Origin: a virus
Virus record (IMG/VR): IMGVR_UViG_3300042453_005121
Span: 1-64,000 of that record
DNA length: 64,000 nt
Reading direction: 5' to 3' (one strand)
Shown: one piece after another, positions 10,694-20,900 of the stretch
Position numbering within the stretch: position 1 is the first letter of the stretch
How the letters are laid out: every line of letters starts with the position of its first letter
Position numbers and translations under genes: made by a program
Notes under the pieces: model-generated
Told to the model about the DNA's origin: nothing
Database searches by the model: none
Seen by the model: the letters and a program-made list of their open reading frames with translations, nothing else

Positions 10694-10721
10694 GCATAAA
10701 CACCTGTTCACTATGAAAACT

Positions 10722-10755
10722 AAACCCGCTTGGGGAAACCCAAGCGGGTTTTTTT
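10722..10755. terminator. Rho-independent terminator after the MCP gene, probably bidirectional
   Basis: aaacccgcttggg-gaaa-cccaagcgggttttttt hairpin with T tract between convergent genes. Confidence 0.85.
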
Positions 10756-11926
10756 ATGCCTTTACCTGACACAATTCAACATGTGCAAGCATCTTAAGCT
10801 GCTTCAGGTCTATGCTGTTTGACCTGAGATATTTCTCGTCAATGTATATGAATTCAAATCCGTTCTGCTTGCAGAACTTTTGTCCCGCATCAACTTTATA
10901 CCCAACCTCTTGCTCCCTCATCCTGAAGGCAGGCTTTATCTCGGCCAAGAGGGGGCATTTTGACTTCCTGAATGCGAAGAAGTCTGGTATGTAATTCCTG
11001 ACAACGCCCGGAGCCTTCTCGTACTGTATTGCAAATGGTTCATTCTCGTACCAAACAATATCTTCATCATTGTCAAAAATGTAATGCATCATGAGTTCAA
11101 GACTTGACCTAAAGAAGGCCCTTTCCTTTTTGCATTTAGGACTTGTGAAGTAACCAGTGATGTAGAAGCGTTTATCTTCAGGGTTAAAATCGCCAGACAA
11201 AATCTTCTCTGTCATTCTCTGGCTCTGCTTCTGGTTCCACTCCTCCGGCCTGACGATGCCCTTGGCCCACGGGTTCGCCCAGGACTTGGCCAGCCACTCC
11301 CTGCAGTTCTCACGAAGGTAATCCTTCATCTCCGGCAGTTGGTTGTAGTGCTCCACCCCGTACCGCTGGAGCGTTGTCTGCGCCATCTTGACCCTGACCT
11401 CTGGTGACTGGGCCGCGTTCTCCACCCCATAACGCTCCATATTGGTCTTTCTGGTCTTCTTCTTGACCTCCTCGGACTGCATGGCGTGATCAACACCGTA
11501 CTTCTCCTGTATGGTCTGGCGCTGGCGCTCCTTGGTCTCTTTGAGGTGCATGGGGTGTTCCACCCCATACCTTTCCAAGGAGGTCTGCCTATGCTTCTCC
11601 ACCCACTGCTTCTTGAACTCTTCGTCCTTGAACTTGGCCTTTCTTTCCTCGACCAGTTCCTTCTTGTTCACGGGCATCTCCGTGCCGTACTTCTCAAGGC
11701 AGGTCTTCTTGATCTTCTCTTGGACCTCCTTACTCTTCATCGGATTCTTGTTTTTCATGAAGCATTTTCGGCAAATGTGCTTTCCCCCGTTGTCACCGAA
11801 GTTCTTTTCGGCGTACCGAAGTTTCAGCATTCTCTCTTGTCCGCATGTCTCAAAGCCCCCGTCGCAGTCGTATTTGATCTTGACATCGCGGCTCTTGATG
11901 ACGCCTTCTGTGTTTTCTAGGTACAT
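10754..11926 (-). CDS. Putative homing endonuclease: YGVE repeats plus TnsA-like PD-(D/E)xK domain
   Basis: ~23-aa repeats (TxxExYGVE...); C-terminal FRSSLE...YIPDF...EIKP. Confidence 0.7.
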   Translation of the reverse strand: MYLENTEGVIKSRDVKIKYDCDGGFETCGQERMLKLRYAEKNFGDNGGKHICRKCFMKNKNPMKSKEVQEKIKKTCLEKYGTEMPVNKKELVEERKAKFKDEEFKKQWVEKHRQTSLERYGVEHPMHLKETKERQRQTIQEKYGVDHAMQSEEVKKKTRKTNMERYGVENAAQSPEVRVKMAQTTLQRYGVEHYNQLPEMKDYLRENCREWLAKSWANPWAKGIVRPEEWNQKQSQRMTEKILSGDFNPEDKRFYITGYFTSPKCKKERAFFRSSLELMMHYIFDNDEDIVWYENEPFAIQYEKAPGVVRNYIPDFFAFRKSKCPLLAEIKPAFRMREQEVGYKVDAGQKFCKQNGFEFIYIDEKYLRSNSIDLKQLKMLAHVELCQVKA

Positions 11927-11991
11927 TTGATTTCCTTGTGTGATTGACTACAATGTATATAGCGATTCTCACATAAAATTGAAAGGTCAAA

Positions 11992-12372
11992 ATGAACCAA
12001 GACGAAAAAAGGCTGGCGGAGAAGAGGGCGGCTTGCAACGAGAGGGTCAAGAAGCACTATGCCGAGAAGATCGCCACCGACAAGGTCTCCGTCTATTGCG
12101 AGTATTGTCAGGCGACCCACGAGGCCCTCCGGTTGACCCACGACAAGAACATAGCCCGCAACGGCCGCTACATCTGCGAGCGGGAGGGCGGCCATATAGC
12201 GGGTAGCAGGCCCAAGAAGAAGAAGGAGAACCCACATGCCGCGGAGGGGAAGAAGGAGTGCAACACATGCAAGTCCGTCCTTCCTTTAGATTCCTTCAGT
12301 TCCGGCAAGAGCATGTGCAAGGGGTGCAGGGCGGCGAGGTACAAGGAGAAATATGTGGGGAAGGCCAAATGA
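11992..12372 (+). CDS. Zinc-finger protein
   Basis: CEYC, CNTC and CKGC motifs; basic. Confidence 0.55.
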   Translation: MNQDEKRLAEKRAACNERVKKHYAEKIATDKVSVYCEYCQATHEALRLTHDKNIARNGRYICEREGGHIAGSRPKKKKENPHAAEGKKECNTCKSVLPLDSFSSGKSMCKGCRAARYKEKYVGKAK

Positions 12373-12374
12373 AT

Positions 12375-12845
12375 TCATAGCGTTTCGCCTTTAAAATCAA
12401 ACCATTCATTGCCCAAATAAAACTGCCTGCATGCTACGATAAAATTGAGTTCTGTATCTTCTGCCTTTCCGAGTGAGTGGCTCTTTCCTACTGTGGATAC
12501 GCTGTGGGCTTCACAATTGGACATAAGGGTCTTCGGGATCAATGTGCGAAATGCCTTGAACCTTGATTGCAAGGAATTAGTGACGCCGACTTTAAAAAGC
12601 ACTTGATCCATCAAGCAAAATCGCCACAAGTAGACGAAGTTATACCTTTTGTGGAAACGGCTGTCCATGTCTTTCAAATAGTTGATGTCTTTTATTGGGT
12701 CCTCCAGCAAGTTTCTTCCTATGTACTTGATCCAAGTGGATTCCAGTGAACCTTGCCATTCGCAACGCTCGATTTCGTTAGGCCAAGCGTTTCTTTTTTC
12801 GCGCCATTCGATCAGTTCTAAAGCCTGGTTTGATTTCTGGCTCAT
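12375..12845 (-). CDS. GIY-YIG superfamily (T5orf172/MUG113-like) protein
   Basis: FVYL...FKVGVT...SRF...E...GNEWF. Confidence 0.6.
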   Translation of the reverse strand: MSQKSNQALELIEWREKRNAWPNEIERCEWQGSLESTWIKYIGRNLLEDPIKDINYLKDMDSRFHKRYNFVYLWRFCLMDQVLFKVGVTNSLQSRFKAFRTLIPKTLMSNCEAHSVSTVGKSHSLGKAEDTELNFIVACRQFYLGNEWFDFKGETL

Positions 12846-12935
12846 GTTTGATTCCTTAATTGACACTAGAGTATATCCTTTGAATTGAATGAATCTAGAC
12901 TAGATTTTTTTAGACTCTTGTGTCACAATCTGGAC

Positions 12936-13598
12936 ATGCGGTTGAAGGATGAGATTATAAAATTGAGGGATCAAGGTCTTTCTTATAACCAAATACGAGA
13001 TCGTTTGGGTTGTTCTAAGGGGACCATATCGTACCATTGCGGAGAGGGACAGAAGAGCAAGGTTCTAGATCGAACTAAAAAAAGAAGGCTTTGCCCTTTG
13101 CGTACCAAGATGGAGGCCTTTAAGCATGGCAAGAAGAAGGATGTCCAAAATCCTTTTGTAGAGGTGTGGCAATTTAAAAATCATTGTTTGAGGGACAAAC
13201 TCATACATTTCGCTAGGATTGGGACAAAAGCAAACAGAATGGGCTATAAATTTATGTTCAAACTCAAAGACTTGATTAAAAAGATCGGGGACGACCCAAG
13301 GTGCTACTGGACGGGTCGAAAGATAGACCTAAACAGCAGGAGGTCATACCACCTTGACCACCTCATCCCCAAATCAAGGGGAGGAGATAACTCGCTAGAC
13401 AACTGTGTTCTAGCCTGCCGGGAGGCCAACCAAGGACACAGCGACAGCATGCCCGGTGAGTATATTCATACTTCCTGCGAAGTGGCTGTACACAAGGGCA
13501 AGGACATACTGGCTAAGATGCTTGCTCAAGATAAGGAGTTCCGCAAGCTTCTTATTGAAGAATTAGAACACTCTGCCGATTCTGTGTCTGTTGCGTGA
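12936..13598 (+). CDS. HNH endonuclease with N-terminal HTH
   Basis: GLSYNQIRDRLGCSKGTISYH HTH; CYWTG...HLDHLIPKSRGGDNSLDNCVLAC..AN. Confidence 0.85.
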   Translation: MRLKDEIIKLRDQGLSYNQIRDRLGCSKGTISYHCGEGQKSKVLDRTKKRRLCPLRTKMEAFKHGKKKDVQNPFVEVWQFKNHCLRDKLIHFARIGTKANRMGYKFMFKLKDLIKKIGDDPRCYWTGRKIDLNSRRSYHLDHLIPKSRGGDNSLDNCVLACREANQGHSDSMPGEYIHTSCEVAVHKGKDILAKMLAQDKEFRKLLIEELEHSADSVSVA

Positions 13599-13661
13599 CT
13601 GTCGGTCCAAATCCCTTCCGCATTCACATTGAGAGGGACATTTGATTTCATACATAATTGT

Positions 13662-14354
13662 ATGAACTACACAAATCCAATTGAATATCCGGTCGTACTT
13701 ACTCCTAATCTTACCAACATTGCCACCGAGGGCGGGTTGGACACCAGCATCTTGAACGGGGTGTCGTTGCAGAGGACCGTCAACATGGTGATGACGCGCG
13801 ATCAGCAGGGCAACGTCAAGGTTGTCGGAAGCAGGAAGGACGGCGAGTCGTACGACGACGTGGTTTCTTACGTCTCGGGGTGGAAGACTGTCCTAGACAC
13901 GATCTGGCTTTATCCGGTTGCGGACGTGAATTCGGTCTTGGAGATCTTCCGCTTGCCAGCCGCGAAGGCCATAGTCGAGGAGGATGAGAGGATAGTTTTC
14001 GAGGACATTGACCATCTATATTACTTTTACAATGAAGTTTATGAGAGCACGGAGGTAGCCCAGCCCGTGGGTAACGTCGGATATTCATTGGGCGTCGGGA
14101 CTCGTCTGAGGGACCTCGGTATCACCGTTCACTTGGAGTTGGCGAGTGGCCTCAGGATCGTGACCTGGCGGCTTGTGGAGCAGTTGACTTCGCAGTCGGA
14201 TCTTCCTGTAAGTGGCGATTCACCGGACGGAACCATTGGATTTGTCCTCATTTACTGCGACTGGGATCGGAACGGAGTTCAAGACGCTTTGAATTTGAAT
14301 CCGGTCGGACTCGGCTTCTCTAACGCCGATCCCTTGAGGGTGGAGCAGATTTAG
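13662..14354 (+). CDS. Hypothetical putative virion protein with the shared EGxLDT module at its N-terminus
   Basis: EGGLDTS...SLQRT...RKDGESYDD matches the proteins at 15222, 24730 and 30022. Start chosen from the ATACATA-N5-ATG signal. Confidence 0.65.
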   Translation: MNYTNPIEYPVVLTPNLTNIATEGGLDTSILNGVSLQRTVNMVMTRDQQGNVKVVGSRKDGESYDDVVSYVSGWKTVLDTIWLYPVADVNSVLEIFRLPAAKAIVEEDERIVFEDIDHLYYFYNEVYESTEVAQPVGNVGYSLGVGTRLRDLGITVHLELASGLRIVTWRLVEQLTSQSDLPVSGDSPDGTIGFVLIYCDWDRNGVQDALNLNPVGLGFSNADPLRVEQI

Positions 14355-14532
14355 ATCGCTTTGGCCGACATTCTATGAGATGCTGCCGATGTTGGCCGAG
14401 GCTCGGGCTCCGAGAAAAAATACAGGGGAGACACTAAATAAGCCAAGCGGGGAGGGTGCTTGAAAAGTTTTCTGGGATGGTCTGAAAGTGGAAATTGGAC
14501 CATCCTTTGTCGGCCGGCCAAAGGAGAGGCGC

Positions 14533-14961
14533 ATGAAAAGTTTCTATGAGTTTTGGATGATGATGGAGGACTACGACTCGTGGTTGGGGAAGCCCTATCA
14601 GGACGCCGAGGAGGACTATCGTCGCCGCTCAAATTTCTCGAGGTTCTTGGGCGAAGGTGACGAAGAGGCTCCGTTCAGCCTTGAGGTGGATGTGCGTGAT
14701 GGCGAGTGGGAGGCAAGAGGGGGCATATGGGTCAAGGATTACGTGCCTAACGGGTCCGAGAATCCGGCTAGCGAGCCGCAGTTGTTCAAGGCTGGCGACC
14801 AGGGGCACGAGAGCAGCGCCGGAACTTGGTTCAAAAAAGCGGGTCGGGATTTGGAACTTCTTCCTGCGCACATCAGGGCCGAGGCCACGAAGTGGATTGA
14901 TCAGAAAGTTGAAGATGCAATAGCCAATTACGAGCCGGAAGATCCGAGAGACATGTACTAG
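14533..14961 (+). CDS. Hypothetical with CTS-like N-terminus
   Basis: AAGGAG SD; starts MKSFYEFWMMMED. Confidence 0.65.
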   Translation: MKSFYEFWMMMEDYDSWLGKPYQDAEEDYRRRSNFSRFLGEGDEEAPFSLEVDVRDGEWEARGGIWVKDYVPNGSENPASEPQLFKAGDQGHESSAGTWFKKAGRDLELLPAHIRAEATKWIDQKVEDAIANYEPEDPRDMY

Positions 14962-14991
14962 AGAACAGGAGATTGAAGACTCGTATATTGA

Positions 14992-15144
14992 ATGATACTT
15001 GTTTTAGGTTCTACGGGCTACGTTGGTTCCAAGTGTGGTGGGGTTAATCTGATGGAACCCTCTCCCGTCGCAAGGATTGGGAGGGTCTCTTGTTTCAAGA
15101 AACCTTCATTGGCCCGCAATATTATTTATTGTTTTTTTGTTTGA
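14992..15144 (+). pseudogene. Relic of an NAD(P)-dependent epimerase/SDR gene
   Basis: Translates to MILVLGSTGYVGSK (Rossmann GxxGxxG), then runs into a hairpin and non-coding-like sequence. Confidence 0.45.
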
Positions 15145-15221
15145 AAATTACAGATTTGTAAAACAATTTTGTTTGACTTCGTGTCATACATAATATCAGA
15201 ACCTTTTAACATGGAGTTCAT

Positions 15222-17423
15222 ATGGCTGGCATCAATGACATTCTGTCCAATCTCAATTCCGGTTATGAAGAAGTAACCGATCTGATTCCCGACAAGCGCG
15301 TATTCGTAGACGATTTTGATGTTGCAAAAAATGAATACGACGCATCTGTCGGCGGAATCGAACCGCTTGGAAACAGATTCATTGCATTGAGTAGCGGCAA
15401 GTATCTGTGGGTGGGCATTGATGGAGCAGCCAACGACGATGAGGCCAGAAATGTCCGCAGATACAACACTGATTTTACTTTGGATGAAACTTTTAATGCT
15501 CCTGTCTTTTCAGACGACACCGGCGGTTTCGTTGTAGATGTGGTAGAACTATCTGATGGCAAATTGGTTATTGTTGGGAATTTTACAACCGTTAATGGAA
15601 CATCGGTAGGTAGAATTGCAAGATTAAACGCAAATGGATCGTTAGACTCTAGTTTTAATTTTGAAGGTGTTGGATTTGATAATATTGTCTCTGTATTAAA
15701 ACTTCTTTCGGATGGAAGTTTCTTGGCGGGAGGACTATTTAGCACTTGCAATGGTACATCTGTAAACAGATTGGTTAAGTTGAATTCTAATGGGTCTTTG
15801 AACACATCTTTTTCTGATAATGTCACTTTAGATAATGATGTTTTCACAATGCATGTTTTATCGTCTGGCAAGATTTATGTCGGCGGAAATTTCACAAATA
15901 AATTAATCAAACTCAACAGTGACGGAACTACGGATGAGACTTTTGATGTAGGCACTGGATTCAACAACATGGTTACTAGTATCAAAGTAGATTCTAACAA
16001 CAAGGTGATTGTTGGAGGGTCGTTTGATGAGTATGACGGTTCACCTTGCAGTCGTGGAATTGTCAGATTGAATACAAATGGAACCTTAGACTCCGGTTTT
16101 GAGACAGAGGGTGCTGGGTTGAATTATAATAATGGTGGCGTGGTTCAATGTTTGGCCATTCAGTCGGACGGCAAAATAGTTGTTGGCGGTTCGTTTGATC
16201 AATATGATGGCAACAGACAAGGTCTTATTATCAGATTTAATACAGACGGAACTAAAGACTCTACTTTTGTTACTGGGTATGGTTTTGGTGATGATGGACC
16301 GAATGACGGCCAAAGAGTTCTCGACATACTTCTAAACAACAACAAAATCATTTGTGTTGGAGCCTTGTACAATTATGGCGGCAAAGCACTTTATGGGTTT
16401 GCCAAGTTAGGCTTAACAGGATCTTTGGACTCGGAAAGATTATTCAGGTATGTAAGCTTTGGTATAAATGATGGCTTTGATGACATGTATGACGATGGAA
16501 ACTTCATCAACACCAATTTGACTCAACTTTTTGAAGACATATCTGGCTTTGATGGTGATGGCGATAGTCGTGTTGAAGAGCTTTTGAGCGTCCCAAACAC
16601 TCATTCTGCTGCAATAGACGAGGATGATTTGGAAGATGAGGGATCGCCCGTTTACGAACCTGCGATGGACGGCCAAGTGATGTCGGGAAATGGTTATTTC
16701 GGCAATGATAGCAGTTACTTTACTAATTATTATCCCGGAATGTATGTCATGGTTGCAACCAATATTGACATTGAAGAATTTTCAATAACCGGTGATTTGG
16801 GGTCGGATAGCAACACAGAAAACGAATCGACAATGCTCGTTGTTTACGAAGGTGCCACATACACAGTATTTGTAAAAGTCAACAGAGAAGGCGCTGGCGG
16901 AGGAGAAGGATCAGACCCGTCCGTAAACCACATGATAATAGTTCCCGGAGGTTCAGAAGGCTTAACTCAGACAATCAACGATGATGAAGATGACTACGAC
17001 GATCATTGCATCAGGGGGCTAACAGGCAGAAAATCAATTGCATATATTCTTGTTGCAAGATCCACAGGCGAATATCTTGATTATGAAGATGCCGAGACAA
17101 TTGTTGTTAAGTTCTTGGAGGTTACTGGAGGCTTGTCAGGCGTCCAGAGTTATTCTGCCAACGACAATGGCGCTTATGATCTTTCTCCCACACCCGTGAA
17201 GAAGTTTGGCGAGGGTTCGTTGGACACGGCGATCATCATGGTGGAAGGCCAAAGAGTGTCCGTTCAAAGGGATGGATATTATGAGTTGGTTGATTCAAAT
17301 GGGAACAGAAAGATCGTTTTGGTCAGGGACGGAGAAAGCTGGGACGACGCCCCGGCATCTCCCGAGGCGACTAACAACCCCACTGGTCACCCGACCGTTA
17401 GCAGCAGCGGCAGTACCTGCTGA
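15222..17423 (+). CDS. Delta-60-repeat beta-propeller protein with the shared module at its C-terminus
   Basis: Repeats of SDGKIVVGG.F...I.RLN.DGTLD..F; C-terminal EGSLDT...SVQRDG...DGESWDD...NPTGHP...GSTC. Confidence 0.8.
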   Translation: MAGINDILSNLNSGYEEVTDLIPDKRVFVDDFDVAKNEYDASVGGIEPLGNRFIALSSGKYLWVGIDGAANDDEARNVRRYNTDFTLDETFNAPVFSDDTGGFVVDVVELSDGKLVIVGNFTTVNGTSVGRIARLNANGSLDSSFNFEGVGFDNIVSVLKLLSDGSFLAGGLFSTCNGTSVNRLVKLNSNGSLNTSFSDNVTLDNDVFTMHVLSSGKIYVGGNFTNKLIKLNSDGTTDETFDVGTGFNNMVTSIKVDSNNKVIVGGSFDEYDGSPCSRGIVRLNTNGTLDSGFETEGAGLNYNNGGVVQCLAIQSDGKIVVGGSFDQYDGNRQGLIIRFNTDGTKDSTFVTGYGFGDDGPNDGQRVLDILLNNNKIICVGALYNYGGKALYGFAKLGLTGSLDSERLFRYVSFGINDGFDDMYDDGNFINTNLTQLFEDISGFDGDGDSRVEELLSVPNTHSAAIDEDDLEDEGSPVYEPAMDGQVMSGNGYFGNDSSYFTNYYPGMYVMVATNIDIEEFSITGDLGSDSNTENESTMLVVYEGATYTVFVKVNREGAGGGEGSDPSVNHMIIVPGGSEGLTQTINDDEDDYDDHCIRGLTGRKSIAYILVARSTGEYLDYEDAETIVVKFLEVTGGLSGVQSYSANDNGAYDLSPTPVKKFGEGSLDTAIIMVEGQRVSVQRDGYYELVDSNGNRKIVLVRDGESWDDAPASPEATNNPTGHPTVSSSGSTC

Positions 17424-17443
17424 GATGATCATTGCCTTGAAGT

Positions 17444-17946
17444 TATCCACCCCGACCCTAAAGGGACTGGGTTTTCTGGCGGGAGTCGTATAAACTACCC
17501 AATCCCCCTAAAAGGGGTTGGGTAGTTCACTAAGTGTATAAGTGAACTACCCAACCCCTTTTAGGGGCTTCTAAGACATTGCTGTATAAAGAGTTCATTC
17601 CAACTCAGCGTTAAGGTCACGAGTTGGCCGAACTTCAAAGGTAATTGTAACCGGTATCCTTTGTGATGCCTCCCTTGTGCTGCCTCTGGGTCTTCCAAAC
17701 TACAATGTCTCGGCCATGGGCTTCATGACTATTTGAATCTATTTGATCCACATCAAAAGCATCATCTGGATCTGGTGCGATGCGATAGTCGCCCCTAGAG
17801 GTAAGTACAATCAAATGGGTGACACAGTAGTATCTTTTGCCATTTGTCTTGCTTTTTTAGCAAGAACATTGATTTGATCATGCGACTCATGCAACTTTTT
17901 ACCGCCATTCATCCCAGCCCCTAAAGGGACTGGGATTTCTTGGCGA
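17444..17946. mobile_element. ORF-less IS200/IS605-family-like remnant with palindromic ends
   Basis: Two related hairpins (ccctaaagggactggg at ~17456 and ~17919) and a perfect 27-bp inverted repeat at 17505-17531/17541-17567. No transposase ORF. Confidence 0.6.
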
Positions 17947-17953
17947 GATCATA

Positions 17954-20900
17954 TTAAACAACGCCTAATATATTAGAACCATTAATGCCTCCACCATGCT
18001 CGGCAATAACAGATCCACAATTGGCTAGATTATAAGAATTGTCTCTGAACGTCGCAGAACCGGTAATTTGTGCTGTGGCGGTTATATATGAGTTTCCACG
18101 AAATACAACATCTCCAGTAACAACATTATCATTATATGATGAATTATTAAAAATAACATTACCAGTTATGGGACTATTATTATAGGACGAATTATTAAAG
18201 ATGACATTTCCTAATATAGTATTTGTAGAAGTATATGAACTATCATTAAATATGACATTTCCTTGTATGGTACTGCCATTATAACTAGTATCATTAAAAA
18301 TAGGATTTCCAGTTATGTTTGTATTACCATAAAACTCACGACTAGCAGAAGAGTCGTTAAAGATTGGATCACCAACAATAAGTCCATCATTGTATGAAGA
18401 ATCATTAAAAATTGGATTTCCTGTTACATATCCCAGAATGAAAAAACCACCATTGGCAATAAATGATGTATCATTGAATACTGGATTTCCAGTAAACGAG
18501 TCAAAAACATAAGAAGTATCATTAAAGGTGGGTGTTCCGCTCACGCTACCACCGTCAGAGTACGATGTTTGATTGAAGGTAGCATCTCCGGTGATGGTTC
18601 CGCCATCGTTGTATGATGTACCGTTAAAGGTGGGATTGCCTGTAAATGAGCCGGTCAAGTAAGAAGTGTCGTTGAAGGTGGCTGTTCCGCTAACGCTTCC
18701 ACCATCAGAGTATGACGTTTCGTTAAAGGTAGCGTCTCCAGTTATGGTTCCGCCACTATTATATGAGGTATCATTAAAGGTAGGATTGCCAGTAAACGAT
18801 CCGGTTAAGTAAGAAGTGTCGTTGAAGGTGGCTGTTCCGCTAACACTTCCTCCGTCACAGTAAGATGTTTCGTTAAAGGTGGCATCTCCAGTAATAGTTC
18901 CACCATCATTGTACGCTGTGTCGTTAAAGGTTGGATTGCCCGTGAACGAGCCGGTTAAGTAAGAAGTGTCGTTGAAGGTGGCTGTTCCGCTCACACTACC
19001 ACCGTCAGAGTACGATGTTTGATTGAAGGTGGCGTCTCCAGTAATAGTTCCACCGTCATTATATGATGTGTCGTTGAAGGTGGGGTTGCCAGTAAACGAT
19101 CCAGTTAAGTAAGAAGTGTCGTTAAAGGTGGGTGTTCCGCTCACGCTACCACCATCAGAGTACGATGAGTCATTAAATGTAGCATCTCCGGTTATTTCAT
19201 CTTCGTTGTATGTATTATCATTAAAAACAACATTGCCTACAACAGCACCAGAGTTGACTGAAGCATTGCTGAAAATACATTCTCCTTCAATTCTTCCATT
19301 ATTTATTGAATTGTCATTAAATGTACAGTCTGCAAAAACTGTTTCGCTAGGATAAGAATGATTGTTTGTGGAATCATCGTTAAAAATTATAGTTCCATAT
19401 ATTATGTCATAATTAGCAGAACTATCATTGAATGTACAGTTACCGGTTATAATTCCAGTATTATTGTAAGAGTTGTCATTGAAAGTACAATCTCCTACTA
19501 TCTGGGTACTGAGCTGGTAGCCGTTATATGAAGAGTCATTAAAAACTACATTTCCAGTTATACCTGCGTTTGTTCCACCCGCATATAAATTGTATGATGT
19601 GTCATTAAAAGTAACATCTCCTGTTATGACTCCATCATTATATGAAGTGTCATTAAAGGTGGCGTCCCCGGTAATAGTTCCACTGTCATTATACGAACTA
19701 TCATTAAAGGTGGGATTACCTGTGAATATTGCTCCGCCACCAATGCTAGTCTGTAATTTAGAACTATCATTAAAGATAGCTGAACCACTGATGCTACCAC
19801 AATTAGACGAGGAAGTATCATTGAAGGTGGCATCTCCAGTTATGGACCCATTAAAATTATACGAACTATTATTAAAAACCGGGTTGCCAGTAAACGATCC
19901 AATTATATAAGAACTGTCGTTGAAAGTGGCTGTTCCGCTAACGCTACCTCCATCACATTTTGAACCGCTGTTAAAAATAGCATCCCCTGTTATATTTCCG
20001 CCGTTATTAACAGAAAACATATTAAAAACTGGATTACCCGTAAATGATCCGGTTAAGTATGCAGTATTACCACCTGTTAAACTCGGATCGATACCGTTAA
20101 AAATGGTTGATCCGCTAACACTTCCTCCGTCACAGTAAGATGTGTCGTTAAAGGTAGCATCTCCAGTAATAGAGCCACCATCATTATATGAAGATTCATT
20201 AAAGGTGGGATTGCCTGTGAATGTGAACGAGCCAGTTAAATAAGAACTATCATTAAAAGTTGTTGTTCCACTAACACTACCGCCATTGCTATACGATGAA
20301 TCATTGAATATAGCATCTCCAGTAATGGTGGTTCCTCCACTGTTATCATTATATGAACTATCATTAAAAATAGCGTCAGTAACTGTGCCGTAGTTAAACG
20401 AATTATCATTAAAAGTACCATTAGTTACTGCGCCAAACGCATCATTAAACGAATTATCATTAAAAGTAGCATCAGTTACTATGCCATAACTATTTGAACT
20501 ATCATTAAATGTAACATTTCCAACTATAGTTCCAGCATTATAAGATGCGTCAATAAAAGTCCAAGTTGGATTTTCAGTTTCAAAAACCCAATTAGTAGTA
20601 TCTGACGTCCAAGAATCTCCGGTTATGGTAAAAGCTACTGAACTGTTTGAAGAAAATATTATATCACCAGATATGGTGGCACCATTCCATTTTTCCCATT
20701 GATTAGCAGAGCCACTATTATTGATGGTATAACTAGATTTTGTAAATATAGCATCTCCGTCAATAGTTGCACTTCCATTGATTAAACTATCATCATTAAA
20801 AGTAACATTTCCAGCACAAACACCACCAGAACCAATAAAAGAACTATCATTAAAAATCCAGGATGGACCAGCAGTTTCAAATACCCATTTGGAATAATCT

